From Octopus bimaculoides (lineage: Eukaryota): a DNA stretch of 64,000 bases. Each line of letters opens with the position of its first letter. Position 1 is the stretch's first letter. Below the pieces are notes generated by a model. It was not told where the DNA came from. It was given only the letters and a program-made list of their open reading frames with translations, and searched no databases. The position numbers and the translations under genes are program-made. Of the stretch, positions 27,461 through 39,330 are shown piece after piece. The DNA is taken from positions 110,624,360 through 110,688,359 of the forward strand of contig NC_068982.1 in the NCBI RefSeq assembly GCF_001194135.2, given 5' to 3'.

Positions 27461-27647
27461 TCTCTTTATCACAGGTTTGGTTAGAGCTCCTAGAGTCTTG
27501 CATCTGTAGCGGGCTTGCTACCTGCAGCCCACGGTACCATGCTATCCGTTCTTTTCAGCTATCTAATACTTTCCTGATTATTCTGGCCGTACCAACGAAG
27601 CAAACCTTTTGTAACAGTTCTACTGGGCACTCTATTCCAGTTTCCTT
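27461..27647 (-). mobile_element. R4/Dong-clade LINE fragment E1 (subfamily b, 3' end)
   Basis: Minus strand reads KETGIECPVELLQKVCFVGTARIIRKVLDS*. 3' UTR is homologous to E4. Flanked by (ATT)n on both sides. Confidence 0.82.
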
Positions 27648-27660
27648 TTATTATTATTAT

Positions 27661-29427
27661 AGCATGAAAAATTTCATTATTTTGCTAGGTATGATGGAAA
27701 ATATCAGCTGTCCACAGCCAGAAGACTAAGGTAACACTAGTTTGCTGATCATGCTTCAGGAACCTTGCGGAGGACATTTGCACTCCCAAGCAATGATTTT
27801 TGTAGGTATTCTATCTTTACATTCGCTCCTATCTTTTTGAGCCATGCTGGTAGTTGGGTACTGATACTTCCAAGTGTACAGCCACTATTGATATCACATT
27901 CACTTTCTCCATTGCCCACAACATGCGTATTTTCTACTTCAATTCATTGCAATTCTTCACTTTTTTTTCTTTCCCTTCAATCCTGTCGTCACCCGGACAT
28001 GTCCATATGTCAATTGCCCGGCATGTTTTTTCTTTTCTGTTCACTACAATAATGTCAGGTTTCGATGTCTAATCTGATGATCACACTGAATCATTATATC
28101 CCACAGGATTTTGCAATCCTTGTTCTCAATAACTCATACATAGCGGGTCTTTGATCTTTCTAGGTCATAATTTCAACAAAGCTCCTAGTAGATCATTTTT
28201 GCCCCATTGTTATTTCACCTTTTGTATTTACGTTGTGCCAATTTCAGGCATTCACTATCAATTAGCCACACTGTTTTACCCCTCTCATTAACAATCTGTA
28301 TTTGTCGCTCTCAGTTGTTTTATCACTCCTGTACTTCACATAATTTGTCCTCAATGCTTGTTCTTGTGCCGCGTATATAAGTGCTTCTGTTTCTATCTTC
28401 AAGTCACTCCACCGCATCCATGACCACCGGCCTTCTATATTGTCTTTGCATTCGTATCTTTTGCAAACTGACCGTAATTTTCTCTCTTTCTATGCCATTT
28501 CATTTTTTATGCTTTTTTCCTCTTTAAATTTCCCTTTCTCAACTCAATGATCAGTTTTGATGATTCCGAACTTCTTCACATGCTTCAGCAATAGTTTCAC
28601 GGCATGTTTTTACATACTGTTTTCTTCTGATTCAACACAATTCTGATAAATGAATTAAACATCTCACACCCTTTTTTCCGGACAAATACAACCGATCAGT
28701 ATCTCTCTCTCTTGGGATGAAACGCAACGTACAATGTCCGTGTCTTCGTATCCATACTCGTTAGTTCATTTTTTTGCCAGATTATGCTTCCAGCTCTATA
28801 CCCAAGCGATGTATTTACTGCTTGGATTTTATTCCATCCAGTCAATTTTCAACGCAGCACCAATCGTAATCTTCGGAAATACTCTTTCTTTAGCTGTTCT
28901 TTCATTTTCTTCTCCATGATTTCATTGAACTTTAATATGCCAAAGTACTTATAAACTTTCTTTTACTGTTTGTTTCATTACGTCTCTATTTGGAAATTCT
29001 ATCCTTGCCAGGAACTTATTTACCTCTTTTCAGGCTCATTACACCACATTTCTTTGCATCATCACTAAAACAATGTTCACCAAGGGTCTCACTTGTACCC
29101 CATCCTTACCATACAGCTTCAAATCTTTTATGAAGAGAAGATCGATTCTTTGTGTTTTCCCCTTGAACTGATATCTCAAGTTCATTTTTCTCGGTACCAA
29201 GGTCAGAGAGATCATGCAATGTACAAAAAGCTAACCTCCTTGAAAAATCCCTCTCTTGATGTCCAGAGAGTCCAAGCTTTTCAGAACGATGTCTACACAG
29301 TTTTCCAACTCACCGTACTTCTCTTCAGATAACATGTTACATTCCTTTCAATTCCAAACACATCCAAGCGCTTAATGATCCACGAATGTGGAATCATATC
29401 ATAAGCTTTGTGGTAATCAATCCAGGA
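27661..29427 (-). mobile_element. R4/Dong-clade LINE fragment E2 (subfamily a): RT, zinc knuckle and restriction-like endonuclease
   Basis: Minus strand, across frameshifts: WIDYHKAYDMIPHSWI, LLFIKDLKLYG (YMDD site), DLKIETEALIYAAQEQALRTNYVK, KPDIIVVN, LQKSLLGSANVLRKV. Confidence 0.9.
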
Positions 29428-29476
29428 TTCTTCTTCTTCTTCTTCTTCTTCTTCTTCTTCTTCTTCTTCTTCTTCT

Positions 29477-29511
<35 letters not shown>

Positions 29512-29697
29512 TTCTTCTCCTCCTCCTCCTCCTCCTCCTCCTCATTCTCTTCTTCTTCTTCTTCTTCTTCTTCTTCTTCTTCTTCTTCTTCTTCTTCTTC
29601 TTCTTCTTCTCCTCCTCCTCCTCCTCCTCCTCATCCTCATTCTCTTCTTCTTCTTCTTCTTCTTCTTCTTCTTCTTCTTCTTCTCCTACTCCTTCTT
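29428..29697. repeat. Compound (CTT)n/(CCT)n microsatellite
   Basis: Directly visible; abuts the truncated 5' end of E2. Confidence 0.97.
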
Positions 29698-29724
29698 CAT
29701 ATTTGTTAGGTAGTATGATTTCTT

Positions 29725-29796
<72 letters not shown>

Positions 29797-29798
<2 letters not shown>

Positions 29799-30305
29799 TT
29801 TGCACAGTTTCAAACGCTGGAGATATACTACAGTGTCAGCTGTTGACTACCAGTGAGCTAAGGTAACAATTCTTATTTTTCGAGCACCTTCCGGAGTATT
29901 CGGGCGGTTCTAAGCAGTGCTGTTTTCTGCAAGTGCTCCACCCTTATTGCAAGCTCTATTTGTTCCACGTACTTCTCAAGATTTTTGCTTACTGTTCCCA
30001 GGGCTCCGACAATTATTGGTAGCACTGCTACCTTTTTCATCGACCACAACTGCTTAACTTACCAAGCTAATCTGGCATATGTCTCGACTTTTCTTTCTTC
30101 CTCATCGCATACCTTGTTGTTAGCTGGGCATGCTATATCTATGATCCAGCATAGTTTCTTTTCTTTCTCAATTAAGACTATGTCTGGCTTCCTATTCTCT
30201 ATCTCATGGTCGCACTGAATCATAAAATCCCATAGGAATTTTGCATTTTTTATTTTCGATGATGCCTTCAGGTTTGTGGTCATACCAATTTTTTGCACTA
30301 ATTCC
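29797..30305 (-). mobile_element. R4/Dong-clade LINE fragment E3 (subfamily a)
   Basis: Reads KFLWDFMIQCDHEIENRKPDIVLIEKEKKLCWIIDIACP (PD..D endonuclease) and LPIIVGALGTV. (ATT)n tail at 29726-29796. 3' UTR TCAGCTGT...CTAAGGTAACA is shared with E2. Confidence 0.92.
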
Positions 30306-30316
30306 ATTATTATTAT

Positions 30317-31193
30317 GTCGGAGCTCCTGGAGTTTTGCATGCGTAGCGGGCTTACAACCTGCAGCCTACGGTACTGTGCTATTTGTTCTTTTCAGCTATC
30401 TAATACTTACCTGATTATTCTGGCAGTTCCAAGGAGGCAAATCTTTTGTAACAGTTCTACTGGGCACTCTATTTTGATTTCCTTTATATTCCTCTTGATG
30501 CCTTCTGATGCTGTTATCAAGGACTAAACAATAAGTGGCACTATTTTCACTTTCATTTTCCGTAGCCGGGCTATTTCATACTTATGAGGGTTGTATCTAT
30601 CTGTCTTTTCGCCTTCCTTCTTGACTATTCGTGGGGCAACTGCAGCGTTAACTATATAGCATATGTGGTGCACCTTGTCCACCATCACTAGGTCCGGTCT
30701 GTTATACTCTAGCACCTGATCTGTTCGGATTGGAAAATCTCAGAAAAGTTTGCTAGCCTCCAACTCCACCACTCTCTGCGGTTTGTGCTCACACGTCTTG
30801 CCTCTCTCTGTCCCCCACCTTTCGCACAGTTTCCACTGTAGCACTTTCGCTACCTGTTCGTGTCGCCACAACTTGTAGTGATTTTGGGCAAGTCTAGGGT
30901 ATTCGTTCGTGATATGGGCAATGGTTTCATCCACTCTATTGGAAATGCGTCACAGCGGAGACACTTGTTTATTCCTCAGGCTGACTCTGCAGTACGTGGC
31001 CAGAGCTTGGTCCTGCGCTGCCAGTGTAGTGCGCTTGGTTTCTTTTTTTAGGGTTCCTTTCATCAGCCAATCTCCAGCAACTTCTGTTGTTGCTACATGG
31101 AATTGATTGTGTAATCCCTTCTTGCGTAATTCTTCTTCATGTCTATTTTGTACTTCTTCCTTTGTTTTTCCTTTTTTCCCTATCCCTCGTTCC
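30317..31193 (-). mobile_element. R4/Dong-clade LINE fragment E4 (subfamily b)
   Basis: Reads LMKGTLKKETKRTTLAAQDQALAT, ETIAHITNEYPRLAQNHYKLWRHEQVAKVLQWKLCE, YNRPDLVMVDKVHHICYIVN. The 5' end abuts the (ATT)n tail of E5. Confidence 0.92.
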
Positions 31194-31266
<73 letters not shown>

Positions 31267-31270
<4 letters not shown>

Positions 31271-31944
31271 TTGGCTTTTTGCTTTTTGTCTCTTGAATTC
31301 CAGAGACTTCAAGAGACAACAAGTTAGAAGTCAAGTTGGTGTTATGACTAGGGTGCCATATTTTCGCTTTTCCACAAAGTATTGTTCTAGAGAATGTCTG
31401 TGAAAACAAAAAAAATTAGAAGTTTGTTTTAAAAGTAATTTGATTATAAGATGATAGTGTGATGTTAAGATGACGGAAAAAGGTATCTGCTATTATGTAC
31501 ATTTAAAAGTATTTTGATACTGTTTACAGATTAAAATATTTTGGAGAATGCATAGATAATATTTTCTTAGGATATAAGCAGTTTCCATGAGCACTATGTT
31601 TTGAATTTCTTCCATTTTTGGAAATACTGGTATCTGGGATTGGTAGCAATCAACCCCTTTTGCTAGGGTACCTATGACAACAGGTATAGTTTTAGTCTTG
31701 AGATTTCACATTTTGCCAATTTCTATTTCAAGATCTTTATACTTGCTCTGATTTTGGGTCAGTCTTGACAGATACATTTATGTCGATTGGGAGAGTCATA
31801 TCGATGAGAAGGCATAATTATTGCCTGAAATCCTTCAATATAATGTCTGGATTATTTGCATTTATCTTTCTGTCAGTTTGAATAACAAAGTTCCAAAGGA
31901 GTGAGATGTGGTCATTTTCAAACATTGGAGGTGGTTTGTGCTCC

Positions 31945-31945
<1 letters not shown>
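31267..31945 (-). mobile_element. R4/Dong-clade LINE fragment E5 (subfamily c)
   Basis: Reads EHKPPPMFENDHISLLWNFVIQTDRKINANNPDIILKDF. 3' UTR is homologous to E6. Between (ATT)n tracts at 31194-31266 and 31946-32026. Confidence 0.88.
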
Positions 31946-32016
<71 letters not shown>

Positions 32017-32108
32017 CATTATTATTTGTACTTTTCGTCTTGTGTTTGTCCTTACATGTTTTTTGAATTATGTTAGCCCTTGTGGTCAATAAAACCAGAA
32101 TTATTATG

Positions 32109-32182
<74 letters not shown>

Positions 32183-32189
32183 TATTATT

Positions 32190-33293
32190 TTATGTTTGAC
32201 TTTTGCTTTGCATTTGTACAAATTGGCTCCAAGTCTCACCCAGAGACCTCAAGAGACAAGTTCATGTTGGTGTAATGTCTAGGGTGCCATATATTTGGTT
32301 TTGTACATAGTGTTGTTCTAGAGAATGTTTAAGAAACCATAAGAAAATCATAAGTTTGTTTTAAAATTTGAGATTACATTAACAGTACTCTACGCAGGAT
32401 ATGGGCAGTTCCCATGTGCACTATCTTTTAAATTTCTGCTATTTTTTTTTGGGGGGGGGGTTTCCTGGTATCTGAGCTAGGTAGCAACCAGCCCCTTTTG
32501 CTATCATTCCTAGGGCACCTATGACAACGGGTATTGTTTTAGTCTTGAGATTCCACATTTTGATAATTTCTATTTCAAGATCTTTATACTTGCTCAGGTT
32601 TTGATAGGTATTGACAGATACATTTATGTCGATTGGGACAGTCATATCAATGAGGAGGCATGATGTTTGTTTGAAGTCTTTCAATATAATGTCTGGCCTA
32701 TTTGCACCTATCTTTCTGTCGGTTTGAATGGTAAAGTTCCAGAGGTGTGAGATGTGATAATTTTCAAGCACTGGAGGTGGTTTGTGTTCCCACCAGTTTT
32801 TATCAAGTGGCAAGTCCAGGTTTTTGCAAATTACTCAGTGAATATATTGTGCAGCTCTATCATGCCTGTTGAGATACTTAGTAGGCGGAAGAAGACTGCA
32901 CATGGAGACAACATGATCAATGGCTTCATGTTGTTGTTGACATACACGACATGTTGGGAAGCTGCCGTTCTTTGATATATTGGCCTGGTAGTTCCTTGTA
33001 GGTAGGCATTGATCTTGGGCTGCTATGATAAACCCCTCTGTTTCTAATTTTAAGCCAGAAGCCATTAGCTATTGATGGGTAAGGGCTTTGTCAACATCGG
33101 CATCATTCGCTCTCTTTAGGTATTTGCCATCGAGAGGTTTTTCTTGCCATTTATAGTAAGAACATCTAAGGCAGCAGTTTTAGCATGGGTTTTCATGTAC
33201 TTAGCTTTTTCTGTGCTTGTTTCTATTATAATATATTATATTTCTATTATAATATTATTTCATGCGCTTAGCTTTTCTGTGCTTGTTTCTATT
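32190..33293 (-). mobile_element. R4/Dong-clade LINE fragment E6 (subfamily c)
   Basis: Track ORFs: SGLKLETEGFIIAAQDQCLPTRNY...CRVCQQQHEAIDHVVSMC (CCHC) and WEHKPPPVLEN...NRPDIILKD...LLIDMTVP...SKYKDLEIEI...IPVVIGALG. A ~33-bp duplication lies at the 5' junction (33194-33227 and 33261-33293). Confidence 0.93.
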
Positions 33294-33539
33294 CTATTAT
33301 TATTATTTTGTCCGAATTCTACAAAGACAACACTTATCACTAAGATAATATACCTTTAGCCACCACCCTTAGCTTGTTCTTGGGTTGATGTTAGTAGTGG
33401 TTCAGTTTCCCTATTTAGAACACTGCGAGAAACCAAACCAAGATATTTATCACTCAAATTGGCCATGCACTGACTTTCCAAATAACGCTTCTATTTGTTC
33501 TGCATGAACACACCTCTTAAACTATATTTTTTTTACTTT

Positions 33540-34160
33540 ATAACTTTCCCTTTTATTAATGAGGCAATGTCGACGTGTGGTCGAAAATAATTTTTGAGTC
33601 TAGTCAGTGAGGTCGATAGGTTTTTATCTTGCGTATTGATGGTAGTGATGATAATAATATCGATCTTTTTCACGTACATTCATTTGTCTGTAGCATTAAT
33701 TGTTATTGTGGTGTGTTAGGTTAGAATACGGGTTGTGCTTAGCAATACCACTTTTGGAATGTATGCTCTGTGGCAAACTGTAATATTTTTTATGATTTTC
33801 TTCATGTTCAATTATCATATGCTGTTGCACAAATAAACATTATTGTCTTCTCTTTTATTACCATATCTTATTTCAGTCTAATTTCGAGGTACTCTTCGAT
33901 ATCATTACAACCTTCATTAGGAGCAATTTTCTGCTTAAAAGAAATCAGGCTTTATTTTCTAACAAAGAAGTTTTACAGTTCGCTTGTGATAACGTCTGGC
34001 AATTTTTATTGATTTTTTGTTGTCAGTGTGTGCAACCATTCTTTTCAAAGCCATCCAGCTTTCTCTTTTGATTTTAAAAAGTAAATTGGGGTATTGCCTA
34101 TGGCTGTATTCTGTCATTGTGAATTTGATAGCAAAGTGAAGCACTTTCCATTTAAAAACC
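33540..34160 (-). mobile_element. Highly decayed Penelope-like RT C-terminal relic
   Basis: Minus strand reads TAIGNTP (GxAMG-like), CHRAYIPKVVLLSTTRILT (CHPxH...R-like) and DKNLSTSLTRLKNYF...LIKG. The resemblance is loose. Confidence 0.4.
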
Positions 34161-34764
34161 AAAGAATGATTACCATAACCACACTCTGTTTCTCCAATAA
34201 ATATCTAGTCTCGTGCCGTGTCAAATGATAGCAATGCTAAATTAGTACTAAACTCTGAGTAAATCTAGTTCTGTAATCCATTTTCATTTTGCTTTATGTC
34301 ATTTCAGTTATATGGCTAATGCAATTTAAAATGACCCGAACATCAAAGTTTTATTTTCAGAATGTCGTTTCATACTAAAGTAAGAAGCAAGGTGTAACAA
34401 AGTATAAACTAAAAACAGTCCCCACTCCTTAATATCAAGGTGACTCTGTCAAATAATCCTTTAGGTGAGACTCAATCCATGGCATTTATTTTATGTCAGA
34501 TGATCATCTAAAATATCCAAATACATCTCTTCATATCGTAAAATATATTCTAAAATACAATGGCTAGTGTTTCGGTCCAATTTTATGGTGTGAAGCAGAG
34601 AAAAATATAAATCTTTATCATTTCCACTCAGGCAACATTACTACACTAGTAAAAACTAGAAATTGAGAGTTATTGTTGATATTTATTGCCTGCCATTCCC
34701 TACTAAAATAATAAAATGCTTAGAACTTTACTGTTGGAACTCTTCTCTTTTTATGAACATTATT

Positions 34765-35675
34765 AGATGATGTATACCTTTTCAGTTACAAATTAAAATA
34801 ATCTCAATGCAAACTAAACTTGAAGCAAATTAAAACAATCTCAAAAGAAGTTAATATAACCTCGAAACAAATTAAAATATCCTTAGAACAAATGAAATGT
34901 TTAAATAAAAGATAGTAAATGTCTATCCTTTGAATTGCCTGACTTCATGTTTATTTATGGATGACAGAACTCAGTCTCAAAGAAACAGTAGCTTGCCTCA
35001 GTCTACAAGTACAGATTTTTGACGAAATATCAAATAGGGAGGCAAGCAAGACTATACAAGAAGTTTGCACTCGAAACTCATATGTGTATAACGTCTATCG
35101 CTGAACGAGAAGATTGGGAATCTATTGCTATTGTACACAGTGTTAAGAGGATAACAGCATATAATTGGATATACAGAGATCACATTTGCACTACAGGGGT
35201 GTTTGTGGCAAAATATAGGAAACAAATAATCAGGAACATATTAAGTAACTTGTGCTGTTAAACGAATGCACTCAATTAACATTTGAAGACTTTTTGCGAA
35301 CGTCTACATTGAATTTATGGATTGACTGTGTTCCACAAGCTGCAACGTGTTATGTTGAAGTAAGAAATATTTCACTGAGTCAAGTGCATTTACAGTTAGA
35401 ATGTCTGTGCTTTGCATTTCCAAAACATGATTTTCATAAACTCCCCTTTTTTAAGGAGTATTACCTGTCAAAGTTAAACTGTAATATATTACTCGTTAAG
35501 TAAAGGGATTGGGAATATAGTTTGAGATCACTATTTGATGAGAAAAATATTTAATTTGTCCTGAGATTGTTTTAATATTTTACGGTTATTTCAATTTGCT
35601 TCATGTTTATTTTAATTTGATTCGAAATTATTTTAATTTGAATAAGAAAAGGTATAGCGCTTTTATTGCATCTAG
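34765..35675. repeat. Degenerate inverted-repeat element with ~20-bp subrepeats (foldback/MITE-like)
   Basis: The left arm (about 34765-34900) has repeats of CAAATTAAAA(T/C)AATCTC. The right arm (about 35530-35675) has their reverse complement. TATACCTTTTC and GAAAAGGTATA mark the outer edges. Confidence 0.55.
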
Positions 35676-35769
35676 ATGAATTGAAAATCTTACAATTAAC
35701 TAAACAGATAACGGAACTTCTGAATGAAATTTGAACTTAAATCATTTCAGTTGAGTGTCTAACGTCTTG

Positions 35770-36010
35770 TCTAATTTGCCATTCTTCTCCAGCGAACACG
35801 TTTCACAGGAATAATATTTCGTATCCAGGAAAAAAAAAATTTTGATTCCCTTATAATTCCTCCAAAAAGACAACTTAAGTACAATAGTGGTAGAAATTGT
35901 CCCTTATCTTTTATACCTTTACTATTCCTTTCTATACTTCCCCCAGACTCATTGTTTATACCACTAACACAACTGAACAATAGTCACTGAACCCATTTCA
36001 CCTTCTGACT
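35770..36010 (-). mobile_element. Possible LINE RT relic
   Basis: Reads KGIKDKGQFLPLLYLSCL (GVRQG..SPLLF-like), followed after a frameshift by NVFAGE (LFADD-like). Weak. Confidence 0.35.
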
Positions 36011-38409
36011 GTATGTCGCTCACTCGATTTGTAAACATTAGGCATCCACCTTCCTCTTCACAATCTTCCTCTTTTCATTATTTCTTTCCAAGCCATCTAT
36101 TCTCAACAATAACCAACATTCAACACTTTAAAGAAACACTCACCGTAAAATGATTACTTCCCCTTCCCACTCTTCTGCTTCAGAAGGACCAACAAAGGTT
36201 AAAGGAAAACTATTTTTTCTTTGGATCAATACAAGCAAAAAAACAAACAAACAAAAAAAAAACAAAACAAAAACGAAACAATAAATAAACGAATTTCCCT
36301 TTCATTCTCCTTGTTTCTTTCTCATGTAATTGATATTAAGTTGGTTTAATCAACTGCCGATGACAGTGCCTTGTTTTCTGTCTATCTCATGTCAGCTTAG
36401 TGTCAGTTGGCACTCCGATATTTTCGCAGCATTGTTTAATCCTCTTAAAGTTTTAACATTATATAGCTCCTCTACTTGCATAAGTCTCCTCTTTATGACT
36501 GACCTTAGAAACGATTTCTGATAACATTTTCGGAAAAGTCAACTTGGAGAAGAAAAACCCCACTAAATATTTAGTAAAAATATAAACAAAATTAAAATAA
36601 ATAACAACAAATAAAAAATGAGAAAATGTAAATGGAATAAAACTGATTTTTAGGTTTTTGTATAGAATGTTGAAAGCAAGTGAAATATGCCACGCTTTTG
36701 GTTTTAATTGTGAAATTATATGTATTTTAGTGGTGTTTTTGATGATTCAAACCAATTTCATTTAAATTGAAAATGACAAAATAATATTTGTAATGGTATG
36801 AGTAACCCACCTTTATGTAACAATACATTTTACAATATTACATTCATCACACTTTTCTAAATTATATGATAATCAATTGTAGTTGATTTTGAAATTACAA
36901 TAGTTCATTTAATTTTAAAATATTTCTTCAACTGGAAACTTAGGGAGTGTCTGTTATTAATTATCATCATTACTTTTGCAAATTTCAAAATGTTGTGGTA
37001 GGGGTAGTGATGCCGTGTGGTAGGAAAACGTCCTTGGTTTAGGCTGTTAGAAATTCAAGATATCAATATAGACGAGAATAAAAAAGCAATAAGACTATAG
37101 TTTAGGAAAGATACTGTTTGGACATTGAGTTAAATTGTATTATATCTTGGAGAGAAGAATCAATGAGATTGTTGTAGTTGGGAACAACTACAAATATGAC
37201 AATTGTTTTACATTCGAGATAAGATATTCTGCAAAAGCTACTGGAAATCTTCATACTTTAATCTTAAGTTATTCCCAGCTAAGTGAGATAGTAGATTAAA
37301 ATAGATCTCAATACAAACGGTAGAAACTATAGCGCTTCAGTGGAAAATATGTTATTTTGCCGCAAACAGCGCTGATGAATCAAACTTATTTTGAATGGTT
37401 TTCCAAACGTAACAATTTCAATCGTTACTTTGATACAGAGTGTTTTTAAAGATAGTTTAACACCACCACGTGACTGTTTTGCGGAATCTTAGTGACAAGT
37501 ATTTGAGCCCACCAGTTTCAGAAACTTCGCAGAAAGCTCATAGTCAGTGCCTTTCCGCCACTCGAGACATAAATAACTACATTATTAATGTCTTCTTCCA
37601 TTTAAAAAAGTCAAGCGTAATTTGAAAGAGAATTAGCTGTTTTAGTTGAATGAACCACTGCATAGAGATCCCTCTCATTTGTATACTTGCGCTTGCTGTC
37701 ATGGGTCAAACCAAATTGCCAAAGAGATGTTTTGAAGTTCCGATAAGGATATAGTTAAATAATTCCTTAAAAATTTCGTAGGTGTTTAAAGCAAACCTAG
37801 CGGTGATTGTTGTAACTTTAGTGTCATAACCTTTGTGGAAAAATGTGTATTTGTTATATGTGCATTCAAATAATCTTTCGTAGCTGATTTTGATGAAATA
37901 TATCTGCACATATAAATATTTTAATTATATTACATGTGTAAATAAATTCTTTCGATGATAGATGTACATATAAAACTGCATATTGTATACTCTCTGGATA
38001 TTAAAAAATATATATTCTCTTACAGAGGCATGTATATGCATAAATATATTTATATATGAGCATGCATATGTTCATTTTTGTGTGGTCTGGAGAAAGGGCT
38101 GTGAGATCTCTAAGCAAAACAGCATCACAAAAACTCATACAAAATTAGAATTCAATAAAGACAAATTAGTATTTGAGAATTAACTTTAGTAATTTAGAGT
38201 TGTATTAAATTCTTTCGTTAATTTAACTGTCAATTTATCGATATAAGTTTATAAGCTGTGCTGCAGTTGCAGTACTGTTTTAGCTTTCATGTCACCCCTC
38301 AGAGTGGCTCCAGCCACAACCATATCATCTTTTATTCAGACATCGTGTATCTATGACAATATTACCCATATGATGACAAGCTGTGTAAATTGAGGGTCAA
38401 ATTGGCCAG

Positions 38410-39330
38410 CAAGTTGAATAAAGTGTTCTATTTAAAATCTCTACTGTTTTGATGAGATCGAAGTACTTATGAACATTGTAGGAGACTGCAATAATCTGTT
38501 TCACAGCGAATCTTTTGCTGAAGCTCCTTTAAGACAATGTGATTTTAAAATTGTCAATGTTGTTATCTTTCAAATACCTTGTGTCGTTTTATAATGTTCT
38601 GGTATTTCTTTTGTCTTTTCTTTTGTCTACTTATTTACAGTTTAAGTACTTGCTCTGAAACTACCCTTGCACACACCGTAACTCGATAAATTAGAATTTC
38701 GACGGTGCATAAATTACCGAAGAGGTATAATTCTGTACCTGGCAATTGCATTTATCTCCCTTTCTTCATTATTAGTTTGGTGATAAATGGTTATGAGATT
38801 AATTTACGTGTTTTTGAAGTTGATGGGTGACTGTAATTTGCAATGAAGCTCACAATATTCACAATAGAACTATGGCACTTAAAATCTTGTCGGTTAAATT
38901 GCCTCACATATTTATGCTCTGTTGGAAACGCTTCTGAATCAGATTTAAACAATTCTTAGGAATACCAGGGCTCACACTGAAGCTGCTATGGTTGAACTAG
39001 ATTATGTTGCAGATACGGAACTTTTGCGATGTATATGAGCTTTCCATTTTGTTTCCGATATGTATTGGGATATAAATATGGCAATATTTGTAGTTACTAT
39101 ATTGTTAAGCTCCAATTCTTTAAAAAAGAACTAATTCTTTTCTTATTTTATCTAGATTATGTCCGCTTATGCTATGTCTAAAATGTTAAATCTAGATCTA
39201 AATTTGTCTTGGATGAATTATTGGGTTAGATCGCAGACTTCAGCTCCTTCTATGATACTCAATGCAACATCAAATTGATCACTGGTATTTCTTATGTATG
39301 CAGAGTCTCTGGTTGAAAAGCAATAACTTT
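38410..39330 (-). mobile_element. Penelope-like element relic, Naiad/Chlamys-type RT plus GIY-YIG region, internally deleted
   Basis: Minus strand, across frameshifts: FDVALSIIEGAEVCDL (FDVxMGSxDGAExCEL), LNLI/FPTEHKYVRQFNRQDFK, KCNCQVQNY/GNLCTVEILIYRVTV, YLKDNNIDNFKIT, SKRF..KQII, ILNR. Confidence 0.75.

Noticed and set aside
29386-29846. Poly-F/S/L/I proteins (also 31087-31403, 31862-32282)
   Set aside because: Translations of trinucleotide microsatellites.
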